DNA of 64,000 bases from Bacteroidia bacterium (GCA_965216465.1 CBDCFW010000003.1:1-64000); one strand, 5' to 3'. Numbered from the stretch's first letter, positions 1-10,805 are shown. Program-made: numbers and translations. The notes: a model not told the origin generated them from the sequence alone.

Positions 1-418
1 ATAGTTTAAGGCTTGGTTATTTTTGGTAAAGTGTTCACCAACTTTACGTGCTAAAACTGCACCAAATATGAGAGCAAGGCCCCAGTTTACAAAGGCAACA
101 GCTATTGTAGAAAAGCAGACCAGAAAAGCGGCTTGAGCATTATTTTAATTGGCTGAAGTAGTGAGTTAGTAATTTGATTGAAGAAGTTGCTTAGTGCAAG
201 TACATGGCCCAATACAAGCATTAACATCATTTGAAAAGGCAAAAGCCAGTAGGCCTTCATTCCACAGACCTTTTTGCCACGACATGAATGCTTCACCTGG
301 ATCATCAGACAAGGTCATAACCAGTAACATGGTCAATATGGTTAAGATTATGGCTATACTAAAAAGGCGAGGGAAGCAAGCTTCTAAACCAATTGGAATA
401 TCGTTCGGTAAATTTCAT
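1..418 (-). pseudogene. atoE: Short-chain fatty acid transporter (AtoE/TIGR00366-like), 5' part, with ~3 homopolymer frameshifts; runs off window start
   Basis: ATG at 418 overlaps the GAF gene stop. Stitched frames read MKFTERYSNWFRSLLPSPF/SIAIILT...GLLAFAF/QMMLMLVLGHVLALS.../NAQAAFLVCFSTIAVAFVNWGLALIFGAVLARKVG. Shifts fall in A/T runs near 361-365, 234-237 and 143-146. Confidence 0.7.
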
Positions 419-855
419 AACAGCTCTACAAGCTTCTCTAGATACTTTTTGTCGGTGTTGTCAAATTCACCAAAGTTAGTGCTGTCTATGTCAAGAACGG
501 CGTAAACCTCGTTGTTTTTCGCACAGGGTACAACAATCTCCGAATTACTCAAAGCACTGCATGCTATATGACCAGGAAACTGATGTACATCATCAACTAC
601 TTGAGTTTGCTTTGTTTCCCATGCTTTACCGCAAACCCCTTTTCCAAATCCAATGGTGGTGCATGCAATGGGTCCGTTAAAAGGACCTAAAATCAATTGG
701 TTGTTAACTACGCGATAAAAGCCTGTCCAATGATGTTCAAAGTAATCTTGAATCAACCTTGTGACATTTGCCATGTTGGCAATTGTATCAACATTAGAAT
801 CGATAAGTGCTTCTGCATCTCGAAGCAAGTTTTGATATTTTTCTTCTTTACTCAA
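415..855 (-). CDS. msrC: GAF-domain protein, free methionine-R-sulfoxide reductase-like
   Basis: WTGFY...LGPFNGPIACTTIGFGKGVCG...VDDVHQFPGHIACS..SNSEIVVP...LDIDS motifs. Confidence 0.85.
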   Translation of the reverse strand: MSKEEKYQNLLRDAEALIDSNVDTIANMANVTRLIQDYFEHHWTGFYRVVNNQLILGPFNGPIACTTIGFGKGVCGKAWETKQTQVVDDVHQFPGHIACSALSNSEIVVPCAKNNEVYAVLDIDSTNFGEFDNTDKKYLEKLVELL

Positions 856-935
856 TTGATTACAATATTATTACATCAAACGAATAATAGAATCATACAG
901 GCATCGTTAATTTTGTAGTAATACTATATACTATT

Positions 936-1022
936 ATGAAGTCTGCACACTTAAAAATACTCCTGATAGTCTTGCTGATCAACACAGCATTTCTTATTGG
1001 ATTAATGCTTTTTCTAAAATAA
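936..1022 (+). CDS. Putative 28-aa single-TM small protein (MKSAHLKILLIVLLINTAFLIGLMLFLK)
   Basis: Short ORF fills the intergenic gap, follows an AT-rich leader, and is one hydrophobic helix flanked by Lys; absent from the ORF track. Confidence 0.4.
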   Translation: MKSAHLKILLIVLLINTAFLIGLMLFLK

Positions 1023-1044
1023 GCGTGCTTTTTAGCTGAAAATT

Positions 1045-2481
1045 CTATTCCCCAGCTTGATCGCTTTTCTTGAGAATTACGTATCCCCAAGGACCTAATT
1101 CCGATTCGGCATACTCTTTATCGGATTCAAAATGATTGTCACTTTCAATCACATTATAATTTGTGGTCAGATCGATTTCGTGCCCTTCAATTACCCAATT
1201 CTTTGCTGAACAATTCACGATAATTCGATACTCACTATTCGCTCCTCGGTCAATAATTGCAAGATCTTTGTTTTCGTATTCTTCATCAATTTTAATAGCA
1301 CTATGAACAGAGAAAGCAGAATCTTCTTTGATTTCGTTTAAACGTTTGTAAAACGCAAAATAGCTATCAGCACCTTCTTTGTTCCAGTTAATTGAATCTT
1401 TCTCAAAGAACTTTAATCGGTGATTAAGTCCGGCCTCTTGCCCAGAATAGATGAGCGGCATTCCTCGTAAGGCATAAGATAAAACGGCCATTGCTTTCCA
1501 CGATTCTCCAAGTCGTTCATTTATGGTTCCGTTCCAGCTGTTTTCATCGTGATTAGTTATAAAATTCATGGCAAAGACATGGTCTCCATTCAGACTGTCT
1601 TTGTTCTTCATTACGCGAGAAATTTCCGTAGTGTTTACTTCTCCCTTAAACAACTTGTTAAATACGTGATGCATTTCCCAACCATAGTACGCATCAAACG
1701 CTTTATCAAATTGACTAGGTTGGTGAGCTTCACTTTCAGCTAACATAAATAGTTTTTTTACTTGCTCTAGGCTGTCTCTAGCCTGTTCCCAAAAATCAGT
1801 TGGAACTTCCATGGCAACATCGCATCGAAATCCATCGATATCGCATTCCTTGACCCAAAACGACATGTCGCTTATCATGGCTAAACGCATATCTGCATTG
1901 TCGTAATTGAGGTCCGCTACATCTGTCCAACCAAAAGAGACACCATTCTCATCACTAGGATCAATAATGTTTCCTGAGCTATCTGTTGTATGCCAACCTT
2001 CATTGTTAATCCATTCGTGGTCCCAAGCCGTGTGGTTAGCGACCCAATCTAAAATAACTTTTAATCCGAGCTCATGAGCTTCATCAACAACAGCTTTAAA
2101 ATCGTCAAGTGATCCATACCTCGGGTTTACCTTGGTGTAATCTTGAATAGAGTAGGGGCTTCCCCAAAAGCGGTCGTAATCTGGATTTGGCAAATCAGAA
2201 ACAAAGGTGTCGCCAGTTGCCTTTCTGTTCTTTTCTCCAATAGCTTGAATTGGCATAAACCAAAGCACATCTACACCTAATTCCTTTAGTCTTGGAAGGT
2301 CTTTTTTAAATGCTTCTAAGTTACCCTCTGCTGTATGTTGTCTTAAATTAACTTCGTAAATGGTAGCATTTGCGATCCATTCTGAAGGGGGTATTACTTC
2401 TTTTACGTCGTTGTCTTGAGCTTCTTTCGACTCGCTTTGACAAGCACAAAAAAGAATAATTATTGCTAAGTATTTTTTCAT
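1045..2481 (-). CDS. GH13 alpha-amylase family lipoprotein
   Basis: Lipobox-like LFCAC; DWVANH, GFRCDVA, MLAESE and FITNHDE GH13 regions. Confidence 0.9.
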   Translation of the reverse strand: MKKYLAIIILFCACQSESKEAQDNDVKEVIPPSEWIANATIYEVNLRQHTAEGNLEAFKKDLPRLKELGVDVLWFMPIQAIGEKNRKATGDTFVSDLPNPDYDRFWGSPYSIQDYTKVNPRYGSLDDFKAVVDEAHELGLKVILDWVANHTAWDHEWINNEGWHTTDSSGNIIDPSDENGVSFGWTDVADLNYDNADMRLAMISDMSFWVKECDIDGFRCDVAMEVPTDFWEQARDSLEQVKKLFMLAESEAHQPSQFDKAFDAYYGWEMHHVFNKLFKGEVNTTEISRVMKNKDSLNGDHVFAMNFITNHDENSWNGTINERLGESWKAMAVLSYALRGMPLIYSGQEAGLNHRLKFFEKDSINWNKEGADSYFAFYKRLNEIKEDSAFSVHSAIKIDEEYENKDLAIIDRGANSEYRIIVNCSAKNWVIEGHEIDLTTNYNVIESDNHFESDKEYAESELGPWGYVILKKSDQAGE

Positions 2482-2485
2482 TGGT

Positions 2486-4783
2486 TTATGACTTTGTTAC
2501 GGTGAAGCTGTATCCATCAGCGGTTAGATTGAATATCAACTCTCCTTTAATTTGTTGTTTAACGTTGCTTTCGTTAGGTCCTTTATTGATCATCATGGTC
2601 ACCTCGTTATCAAAATACTTTCTTCTGATAATCAAGATGTTCTCTTCTACATGAAGTATTTCGGTACTACCATAAGATAGAGCTAGGTTTTCATTTCTCA
2701 ATTGAATGAGCTCTTGAAGTTTTGCTTTCAATTTGGCTTCTTCTTTGGTGATGTTTTCAAAACGCATCATGTCTCTACAACCTGGATCGTCACCTCCTGC
2801 CATTCCGAGCTCATCACCATAATACACCACTGGAATTCCAGGCAGCATAAAGTTGTAGGCATGAAAGAGAGCAAGCTTCTTATATGCTGCTGAATCGCTT
2901 ACAACAAGATCTTGCTTCCAACCAACTCTTTTTTGTTCGTTACGTGGGAGGTTTGTATTCACAGAACCATCTGCAATGCTTACAAATCTTGGCTTATCGT
3001 GATTTCCAGAAATATTGGCCATCAAATGGTGATGTCCGTATGATTCTAAACTTTCTTTTAGTTTTTGACTCAGGTTTACCAAGCTTCCATCTTTTGCAAA
3101 AGCTTCTATTCCTGCATCGTACATATTGAAGTCGAATTGACCATCTAACAGGCCTGAACCCACAAAGCTTTGTACCAGATCATAATCTCCATAGGTTTCT
3201 CCAAGCTGATAAAATTTCTTTCCTTTTTTGGCAGAAATCTCTTTTACTTTCAACGTAAGCTCCCTCCAGAAATTCAGCGGAATATGCTTCGTCGCATCGT
3301 GGCGAATGCCATCAAAATCATATGTTTCAAGCCAAAATGCTGCAGAGTCGACCATTACACTTGCAACGCGTGGACTTTCTAAGTTTAGGGTAGGTAAGAA
3401 GGTATCAAACCAAGTGGTTAAACGATGCTCGTCCCACAATTCAGTATTCATTCTACCATCCGGTAAATACAGTGGTGTTGCCCAATTTTGATTCTTCTGA
3501 TAAATGGGGTGCTCTTCATGAACGTGATTTGCGACATAATCGAGCAATACACTGATTCCATTTTTATGTGCTACAGCGAGCAATTCTTCAACGTCGTTCG
3601 AGTTTCCAAGTCTATAGTCTACTTGGGTAGATGAAATTGGCCAATAACCATGGTAACCGCTATATTTTGTGTCTGGATCTTTAAACTGGCCCCAAGCTCC
3701 TTCCGGATTAGTAGTGATCGGAGAAATCCAAATGGTATTGATTCCTAAATCAGCAAAATAACCCTCTCTGATTTTTGCGGTAACTCCCTTAATATCACCG
3801 CCTTGATATTGAGCTTTTTTAAGCACTCCTTCGGGATGGTCAGTTACATTGTTTGTTTCATCACCATCGTAAAACCGATCTAAAAAGGTGAAATATATAA
3901 TGCTACTATGCCAATCGTTATTGTTCAAATTGCTGGCGTCGGCGATTACTTTACCCTTCTTTAAAGGGATGAGCAGGTCGTTTGAAGACAGAGCTGTTCC
4001 AGATCCATAAACGCGAATGTGTGAGCGTGCCTCATATTTAGCAAAAGCGGGTATTTCAATCGAAAAAGTGTCAGCAGATTGGTGGACTTCAAGTTTGAAA
4101 TTTTCCCAATAGGCATAAATATTGTCAATGTTTTTAGCCAATAGCTTAATCTGCTTTTTGTCAAAACTATGTGTTATGAGTTGAGGAGTTGATGATGGAG
4201 CAATTGACATGTTCAGCACATTATTGTAGCCTCCCATGTTGTTGCTTATCTCGACAGGATTGTTTGGATCGGAGATTTCGTTGCCATCAGCTACAATCTT
4301 GTATTGGTACTTACGTGCTGGAGCAAAGAGTACAGCTTGCCATGAAGTATCTGTTTTTGATAGCACTAACTCATCTGCATTCCAACTGTTAAATTCTCCT
4401 TTAATGCGTACATCTTCATATTCTTGGTCAAACTTGAGATTGAAGATATGGGCTAAAATGTTCGGTCTGCGAATAGGAATGCTATAAGGCAAGCCTTCTG
4501 CAAAGATGGTAATGTTGCTCACTGGCGGAACCCCTTTTCCTTCTACGAGAAACAAAAAATCATCGACTGTTGAGGTTTGAATATCATGGTCACATTTTAT
4601 AGAATCAATTTTAATCCCAGTGGGGAAATAATCCGATAAGATAATACGCACTGTATCTTGGTTAAGTAAGATAGGACTGGCCAATCCCATCAGTTTAGAA
4701 TCTTTCGGTGATGTGCCCGGACCAGAACATCCAATGCCAAGAATTATAATTAATATGAACGATAATATAGTGTTATACCTCAT
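2486..4783 (-). CDS. GH13 alpha-amylase/neopullulanase-like lipoprotein with CBM48/E-set domain
   Basis: Lipobox GIGC; GEFNSW...YKIVADG E-set module; YHGYW, DYVANH, GIRHDATKH, GET, GNHD. Confidence 0.88.
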   Translation of the reverse strand: MRYNTILSFILIIILGIGCSGPGTSPKDSKLMGLASPILLNQDTVRIILSDYFPTGIKIDSIKCDHDIQTSTVDDFLFLVEGKGVPPVSNITIFAEGLPYSIPIRRPNILAHIFNLKFDQEYEDVRIKGEFNSWNADELVLSKTDTSWQAVLFAPARKYQYKIVADGNEISDPNNPVEISNNMGGYNNVLNMSIAPSSTPQLITHSFDKKQIKLLAKNIDNIYAYWENFKLEVHQSADTFSIEIPAFAKYEARSHIRVYGSGTALSSNDLLIPLKKGKVIADASNLNNNDWHSSIIYFTFLDRFYDGDETNNVTDHPEGVLKKAQYQGGDIKGVTAKIREGYFADLGINTIWISPITTNPEGAWGQFKDPDTKYSGYHGYWPISSTQVDYRLGNSNDVEELLAVAHKNGISVLLDYVANHVHEEHPIYQKNQNWATPLYLPDGRMNTELWDEHRLTTWFDTFLPTLNLESPRVASVMVDSAAFWLETYDFDGIRHDATKHIPLNFWRELTLKVKEISAKKGKKFYQLGETYGDYDLVQSFVGSGLLDGQFDFNMYDAGIEAFAKDGSLVNLSQKLKESLESYGHHHLMANISGNHDKPRFVSIADGSVNTNLPRNEQKRVGWKQDLVVSDSAAYKKLALFHAYNFMLPGIPVVYYGDELGMAGGDDPGCRDMMRFENITKEEAKLKAKLQELIQLRNENLALSYGSTEILHVEENILIIRRKYFDNEVTMMINKGPNESNVKQQIKGELIFNLTADGYSFTVTKS

Positions 4784-4810
4784 GGTGCTACGAATATGCG
4801 AAATTTTTCT

Positions 4811-4829
4811 TAGTGTTATTTTGACACTA
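4811..4829. promoter_or_regulatory. NrtR-family operator TAGTGTTATTTTGACACTA upstream of GH13 2486..4783
   Basis: Palindrome with GT-N7-AC core, matching three other copies in the locus. Confidence 0.8.
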
Positions 4830-4857
4830 AGCTATTTTTTTATAGTGAACGGAAAAT

Positions 4858-7074
4858 TTATACGATTTGAATTCCGTCGTGGTCAATTTTTACCTTTTTT
4901 ACTTCTCCTCTAAATCGAATTTTAAATTCAAAGCTTTTCCAATTTTCGGGCAAGAATGGACTAAATTCTAAATTGCCATCTTTTACACGCATTCCTGCAA
5001 AACCTTTCACAATACTCATCCATGTTCCTGCCATACTGGTAATATGGAGCCCATCGCGAGTATCATTGTTGTAATCGTCTAGGTCAAGCCTTGATGTTCT
5101 TAAATAGAACTCATACGCACGCTTTTCATCACCCAGTTTTGATGCCAAAATACTGTGAACACAAGGCGAGAGTGAAGATTCATGAACTGTTAACGGTTCA
5201 TAAAAGTCGTAATGTTTACGGTGTGTCTCTAAATCGAACTCATCTTCAAAGAAATAGAAACCTTGAAGTGTATCGGCCTGCTTAATGTAGCAACTTCTTA
5301 AAATTTTGTCCCAACTCCAATGTTCTACAATAGGTCGCTGTGATTCAGGAAGCTCACTAACCGGTATCAACTCTTTGTCAAGAAATCCATCTTGTTGCAG
5401 AAATACACCATGCTTCTCAGAATAGGGGTAGTACATTTTAGACGAAACGTCTTCCCACAAGTCTAGTTCTGAAGCCTGAAATGCTGTTGCCTCTGTAATG
5501 CGTTCAAAATCTTCGGGATGATTTGCCTCGGTCCATTCGATTTGCTCTTTGGCATAATCAAGGCACCAAGCTGCAATTTTATTCGTATACCAATTGTTGT
5601 TTACGTTGTTTTCAAACTCGTTTGGCCCAGTAACCCCAAGCATCACGTATTTTTCCTTAGCTGAACTCCAGTTAACACGCTGTGCCCAGAATCGAGCTAT
5701 ACCAATTAGCACTTCAAGTCCATATTCAACAATATAGTGTTGATCGCCCGTGTAGTTAATGTAATCGTAAATAGCGTAAGCAATTGCCCCATTACGATGA
5801 ATTTCTTCGAAAGTGATTTCCCATTCATTATGGCATTCTTCACCGTTCATTGTAACCATAGGGTAGAGGGCAGCTCCATCCGTGAAACCGAGCTTTTCTG
5901 CATTTTCAATGGCCTTGTTAAGATGTTTGTATCTGTATACCAGTAGGTTGCGTGCTACACTCTGGTCAGCAGTTGCAAGATAGAATGGCAAACAATAAGC
6001 TTCGGTATCCCAATACGTAGATCCTCCATATTTCTCACCGGTAAAACCTTTAGGGCCTATGTTTAATCTTTCATCTTGACCGGTGTAGGTGCAATTCATT
6101 TGAAAGATGTTGTAACGAATAGCTTGTTGAGCTGCAACATCTCCTTCTATTACAATATCACTTTCATTCCATTTATTTGCCCATGCTTGTTTATGAGCTG
6201 AAAGCAGGTCTTCAAAAGTATTTTCTTCGACGTCGTTTAGTCGTTCTTTTAACTCATCGCGAAGTTTCTTTTTACCGAAATCTAATGAAGAAAGGATGAT
6301 TGCCTTTTTAATAATCTGAACTTGATCTCCGGCTCGAACATCGATAGACAATCCAATTTCTGAAAACTTCTTGGTAGTGTTACTGGTTTGAAAATCAACA
6401 GGTTGTTGGTTGATTAAAACCTGTGTGTGGGTCGAAACACCTACATGAAACTTGGTTTTCTTTGTTTCAGCTATGAGCAGATTCTTATTGGCTTTTGCTG
6501 CGGTTCTAACTCCAACCCAAAATTTTTCATCGTAGTTTGAATCTTCGTTTTTAATCTTTCCATCAATGAATGAAGAAAGGTTTAAAGAACTGTCTTTATC
6601 GAATTGAAGTGTGTAGTGTATCGCAGCAAGTTGATCATCATCAAGACTGCAAAAACGAGAAGTAGTTATTTCTACACCTGTTCCATCCGACATAGAAGCT
6701 GAAACTTCTCTATTTAGGACAGCAGACTTCATGTCTAACACACGTTTGAACGACTTGACTTCACTTTGATTCAGGTCTAATAGTTGGTCATTTACCTGAA
6801 TCGAGAGGCCCAACCAATTTGGGGCATTAAGTACTTTAGCAAAGTACTCTGGGTAACCGTTTTTCCACCATCCGACACGCGTTTTATCTGGATAGTAAAC
6901 GCCAGCAACATAATTTCCACTTAGACTATCGCCAGAATAGTCTTCTTCAAAATTGCCACGTTGTCCAAATTTACCGTTTCCTAGACTGAATATACTTTCT
7001 GAAACACGATTTAAATTAGGATCAAAACCCTCTTCGATAATTAACCAAGGGTCGTGCTTAATGTAGTTTTTCAT
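4858..7074 (-). CDS. GH65 maltose phosphorylase
   Basis: SESIFSLGNG, GPKGFTGEKYGGSTYWDTE, GVTGPNEFE, IKQAD, TVHESSLS; adjacent to pgmB. Confidence 0.92.
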   Translation of the reverse strand: MKNYIKHDPWLIIEEGFDPNLNRVSESIFSLGNGKFGQRGNFEEDYSGDSLSGNYVAGVYYPDKTRVGWWKNGYPEYFAKVLNAPNWLGLSIQVNDQLLDLNQSEVKSFKRVLDMKSAVLNREVSASMSDGTGVEITTSRFCSLDDDQLAAIHYTLQFDKDSSLNLSSFIDGKIKNEDSNYDEKFWVGVRTAAKANKNLLIAETKKTKFHVGVSTHTQVLINQQPVDFQTSNTTKKFSEIGLSIDVRAGDQVQIIKKAIILSSLDFGKKKLRDELKERLNDVEENTFEDLLSAHKQAWANKWNESDIVIEGDVAAQQAIRYNIFQMNCTYTGQDERLNIGPKGFTGEKYGGSTYWDTEAYCLPFYLATADQSVARNLLVYRYKHLNKAIENAEKLGFTDGAALYPMVTMNGEECHNEWEITFEEIHRNGAIAYAIYDYINYTGDQHYIVEYGLEVLIGIARFWAQRVNWSSAKEKYVMLGVTGPNEFENNVNNNWYTNKIAAWCLDYAKEQIEWTEANHPEDFERITEATAFQASELDLWEDVSSKMYYPYSEKHGVFLQQDGFLDKELIPVSELPESQRPIVEHWSWDKILRSCYIKQADTLQGFYFFEDEFDLETHRKHYDFYEPLTVHESSLSPCVHSILASKLGDEKRAYEFYLRTSRLDLDDYNNDTRDGLHITSMAGTWMSIVKGFAGMRVKDGNLEFSPFLPENWKSFEFKIRFRGEVKKVKIDHDGIQIV

Positions 7075-7081
7075 GAATTAC

Positions 7082-7735
7082 TTAATCGAATAAGCTTTTA
7101 AAGTCTTTGAGTGATGCCTCTTTCCAGTTCTTAATGGTCATGTTGGCTCCTTTAAGCCCTTTATCTTCGCCAAAGAACACGGTTTTCATACCGGCTTTCT
7201 TTGCAGCAGTTAGGCCTGCTTGTGAATCTTCTATAACCAGGCATTCAGATGGGTCAACATGCAGTTTTTCAGCCGCGAGTAGAAAGATATCTGGTTCAGG
7301 TTTTGAATTTGGAGTCATACCCCCGTCTACAATAGCATGAAATTCAAGTACAAGGTCAAGTTTGTCGATAATTCGTATCGCATTTCTGCTCGAAGAACCG
7401 ATGCCTACCTTAATTCCTTCTTGCTTTGCTAAATTGTTAAATTCAATAAATCCATCAAACACCTCGTTTGGGTCCATTCCATCGATGTACTCCAAATACA
7501 TTTTGTTTTTCTGGGTGAGGTAGCTTTGTTTATCTGCTTCAGAAATCCGCGAACCACTCCATTTGATGATTTTTTCTAGTGATTCTTTACGACCGACTCC
7601 TTTTAATTTTTGGTTTTGCTTTGAAGTAAGATTGTACTCCAGTTGATCAGCAACCCATTTCCAGGATTCGTAATGATATTTGGCTGTATCGGTTATAACA
7701 CCGTCTAGATCATAAATGCACGCTTTCAGACTCAT
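7082..7735 (-). CDS. pgmB: Beta-phosphoglucomutase (HAD)
   Basis: DLDGVITDTA, SSSRNA, KPEPDIF, VIEDSQAG; next to GH65. Confidence 0.88.
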   Translation of the reverse strand: MSLKACIYDLDGVITDTAKYHYESWKWVADQLEYNLTSKQNQKLKGVGRKESLEKIIKWSGSRISEADKQSYLTQKNKMYLEYIDGMDPNEVFDGFIEFNNLAKQEGIKVGIGSSSRNAIRIIDKLDLVLEFHAIVDGGMTPNSKPEPDIFLLAAEKLHVDPSECLVIEDSQAGLTAAKKAGMKTVFFGEDKGLKGANMTIKNWKEASLKDFKSLFD

Positions 7736-8591
7736 CGAATTGGTATATTTTTTTATAATGGTAGTCAGCCAAAGGCTCTACTGGTCGTTTTTCTATTTTT
7801 CCGACGGTAAATCTATGATTTATTGCAACTTCTTGCAACACTTCGCGGAAATAATACGCAATCGACCCAACAAAATGTACCGGAACCGTTCTAAACTCAT
7901 TGAAACACCAGATGTGCGTTGCCGCAAAGCGAGCAATACCTTGATAAATCATTTCCTTAAAATAGGAGTGATCTTGATTTGCACTGGCAAATCGCATAAA
8001 GCTTGCTAAATATACATTGGCGTTTGGTTTGTTATAGACAGCTTCAAATATTTTTTCTTTGGTTAGCTCATATTGATCCCCAAATTTATCTGCAAGTTCT
8101 TCAGGCATACGGTCATATAACCAATCAGAAAGCATAATCTTGCCAAAGTAAGAGCCGCTTCCCTCATCCCCTAAAATATAACCTAAGGCAGGTATTTCCT
8201 CACGTATTGATGTACCATCCGAATAGCAAGAGTTAGACCCTGTACCTAAAATACAAGTGATTCCTGCATCGTCATTTGCCGTGGCCAAAGACGCACCGGT
8301 TAAGTCGTGATCAACAACAATGGTCTCAGCATTAACAAAAACCTTTCGCAGTGCACGCTCTACTATTGCATTACGTTCAATGCTCGAGCATCCTGCCCCA
8401 TAGAATAGTACGTGCGATATTTGTTCTCTATTGAGTTGTATTATGTCGTTCTCCAGAAGTTTTTCTTCTATCAACTCTTCACTATGGAAGAAGGGGTTGA
8501 AACCCATGGTAGAAGTCTTCTGCCTATTATTATCTTTATCAACGTGAAGCCAATCACATTTTGTAGATCCACTATCTGCTACTAATATCAT
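7710..8591 (-). CDS. BadF/NagK-type sugar kinase (probable glucose/GlcNAc kinase)
   Basis: ADSGSTK, FYGAGC, ILGTGSNS, LGYILGDEGSG, FVGSIA. Confidence 0.8.
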   Translation of the reverse strand: MILVADSGSTKCDWLHVDKDNNRQKTSTMGFNPFFHSEELIEEKLLENDIIQLNREQISHVLFYGAGCSSIERNAIVERALRKVFVNAETIVVDHDLTGASLATANDDAGITCILGTGSNSCYSDGTSIREEIPALGYILGDEGSGSYFGKIMLSDWLYDRMPEELADKFGDQYELTKEKIFEAVYNKPNANVYLASFMRFASANQDHSYFKEMIYQGIARFAATHIWCFNEFRTVPVHFVGSIAYYFREVLQEVAINHRFTVGKIEKRPVEPLADYHYKKIYQFDESESVHL

Positions 8592-8619
8592 CTGAGTTGC
8601 CAGCTATTTCTAGCAAACT

Positions 8620-8638
8620 TAGTGTAAAAATTACACTT
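8620..8638. promoter_or_regulatory. NrtR-family operator TAGTGTAAAAATTACACTT in the divergent kinase/regulator promoter
   Basis: Palindrome with GT-N7-AC core; abuts the TAAGTTTG -7 element (minus strand, 8614-8621). Confidence 0.8.
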
Positions 8639-8686
8639 TGAAAAAAAAGCTTACTTTTACACCAACGACAAAGTCAAAAAAAATAC

Positions 8687-9433
8687 ATGAGAACAAAGTT
8701 TCAAAGTCAGACAAATCCCAATATATCAGTCGATTGCGTGGTGTTTGGGTTTGATGGAACTTCGATTAAAGTACTGCTCATTGAACGCTCGAGCAGAGAT
8801 AATTTACAAATCGATGATGATACACGTGTTCTTCCTGGAGATTTGATTTTGGATAACGAAGATTTAGACGATGCAGCTTCTCGAGTTTTAAATGATCTTA
8901 CCGGATTGGAAGACATTTATCTAGAACAAATCGGTGCGTTTGGAAACCCTGACCGATTGTCTAAGGCCTTGGATAAGAAGTGGTTAGAGGCGGTGCGTTT
9001 GGAGCCTCAAGCGCGTGTAATTACCATAGGCTATTTTGCTTTAATTAACATCGCCGATTACAGCGTTAAGCCAGCTGGATTTGCCAAATATGCCGAGTGG
9101 CACGACGTTTTTGAAGTTGGTGAGCTCGGATTTGATCACAATCAAATATTGGATGCCGGAATAAACGGCCTTCGAAACAAGTTATATCGAGAGCCAATTG
9201 GATTTCAATTGCTGCCACCGATGTTCTCCCTTCATCAACTGTACACGCTATACAAAGGAATTTTACATTCTGATTTGGATAGAAGAAACTTTAGAAGAAA
9301 GATGTTAAAAACTGGATTTATAAAAGAAACAGACCACTACCAAGAAGGCGTTCCGCATAAGCCGGCCCGCTTGTACACCTTTGCTAAAGAAGTGTTCGAC
9401 AGCCCTGAGAATAAGAAATTTAAATTTTATTGA
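8687..9433 (+). CDS. NrtR/AraR-family transcriptional regulator (degenerate Nudix + wHTH)
   Basis: SVDCVVFGF, LPG...E...A.RVL.DLTGL degenerate Nudix box, GFDHNQI, DRRNFRRK, HKPARLY. Confidence 0.88.
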   Translation: MRTKFQSQTNPNISVDCVVFGFDGTSIKVLLIERSSRDNLQIDDDTRVLPGDLILDNEDLDDAASRVLNDLTGLEDIYLEQIGAFGNPDRLSKALDKKWLEAVRLEPQARVITIGYFALINIADYSVKPAGFAKYAEWHDVFEVGELGFDHNQILDAGINGLRNKLYREPIGFQLLPPMFSLHQLYTLYKGILHSDLDRRNFRRKMLKTGFIKETDHYQEGVPHKPARLYTFAKEVFDSPENKKFKFY

Positions 9434-9434
9434 T

Positions 9435-10799
9435 ATGAGTCTTAAACCAAAATTAAGTACAGCACAGATCTGGTATTTATCGCTAGGTTTTTTAGGTATT
9501 CAAGGTGGGTTTGCATTGCAAAATGGTAATGCCAGTAGGATCCTTCAAAATCTGGGTGCAGATGTTCATCAACTTTCGTGGTTTTGGTTAGTGGCTCCGT
9601 TTACGGGGTTGCTAGTGCAGCCGATAATTGGTCATTTTAGCGATAAAACGTGGACCAAACTGGGGAGAAGAAAGCCGTTTTTCTTAGCCGGTGCAATTTG
9701 TGCTGCTATTGGATTGTTATTGCTTCCCAATGCGAACAATATAATTTCAGACTCTGGAGGTGCATTGTTCGGTGTATCTATTGTTTTGTGGTTTGCTGGA
9801 CTGTTTCTGGCATTTATGGATGCGAGTTTTAACATTGCCATGGAGCCTTTCAGGGCGTTGGTGGGCGATATGTTGCCCAAAAGTCAAAGCACTAAAGGGT
9901 TTACCGTTCAAACCGTTTTAATTGGAATTGGTGCAGTTTTAGGATCATGGATGCCTTGGATTTTGACCAATTGGTTTGGAGTAGCAAATGTTGCCCCAGA
10001 AGGTTCTGTACCTCCAAGTGTACTTTGGTCTTTTTATATCGGTGCATTTGTCCTGGTGTCAACGATAGTAATTACAATTGTTAAGACACGCGAATACTCA
10101 CCAAAAGAGTTCGAAGAATATAATGGTGTTAAACCTGTTGAACAGTCAAAGTTGAGTGATATTTTAAAAGATTTTTCGACTATGCCTGTTCGCATGAAGC
10201 GTTTGGGGCTAGTTCAATTCTTTTCTTGGTTTGGATTATTTACGATGTGGGTCTTTACGACATCTTCAGTGGCTACGCACCACTTTGGATTAGATCCATC
10301 AGATAGCAGTTCTGCAGTATATAATCATGCTGGAAACTGGGTAACCTTTATTTTCGGTGTTTATAATGGAGTATCGGCTATTTATGCCTTGTGCTTAAAT
10401 TACTTTGTAAAAGCCACCTCCCGCAAATTTGTTCATATCTTCTCCTTAGTAGCAGGTGGAATAGGATTAATGTCAATGCAACTTATATCGGATCCCTACA
10501 TGCTGTGGATTCCGATGATAGGAGTAGGGCTAGCTTGGGGAAGTATTCTTTCGATTCCTTATGCCTTATTGGTTGACAAACTCCCACCACAAAAAATGGG
10601 TGTGTATATGGGATTGTTTAACTTCTTCATTGTAGCGCCACAGCTTGTAAATGGTGTAATTGGTGGATTTATAGTTAAACACGTGTTTAACCAATATGCA
10701 ATCAATTACGTTATGATTGGAGGGCTTTTCTTTATACTAGCGGCAATTGCTACCCTTCGCATTCAAGAACCCATGTGGAACGAATCGAAAGGAGAGTGA
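9435..10799 (+). CDS. MFS sugar (maltose/sucrose-type) transporter
   Basis: LGFLGIQ.GF.LQ, QPIIGHFSD.TW..LGRRKPF, MGVYMGLFNFFIV; likely ATG at 9435 rather than the track's 9381. Confidence 0.88.
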   Translation: MSLKPKLSTAQIWYLSLGFLGIQGGFALQNGNASRILQNLGADVHQLSWFWLVAPFTGLLVQPIIGHFSDKTWTKLGRRKPFFLAGAICAAIGLLLLPNANNIISDSGGALFGVSIVLWFAGLFLAFMDASFNIAMEPFRALVGDMLPKSQSTKGFTVQTVLIGIGAVLGSWMPWILTNWFGVANVAPEGSVPPSVLWSFYIGAFVLVSTIVITIVKTREYSPKEFEEYNGVKPVEQSKLSDILKDFSTMPVRMKRLGLVQFFSWFGLFTMWVFTTSSVATHHFGLDPSDSSSAVYNHAGNWVTFIFGVYNGVSAIYALCLNYFVKATSRKFVHIFSLVAGGIGLMSMQLISDPYMLWIPMIGVGLAWGSILSIPYALLVDKLPPQKMGVYMGLFNFFIVAPQLVNGVIGGFIVKHVFNQYAINYVMIGGLFFILAAIATLRIQEPMWNESKGE

Positions 10800-10805
10800 G
10801 AATGT

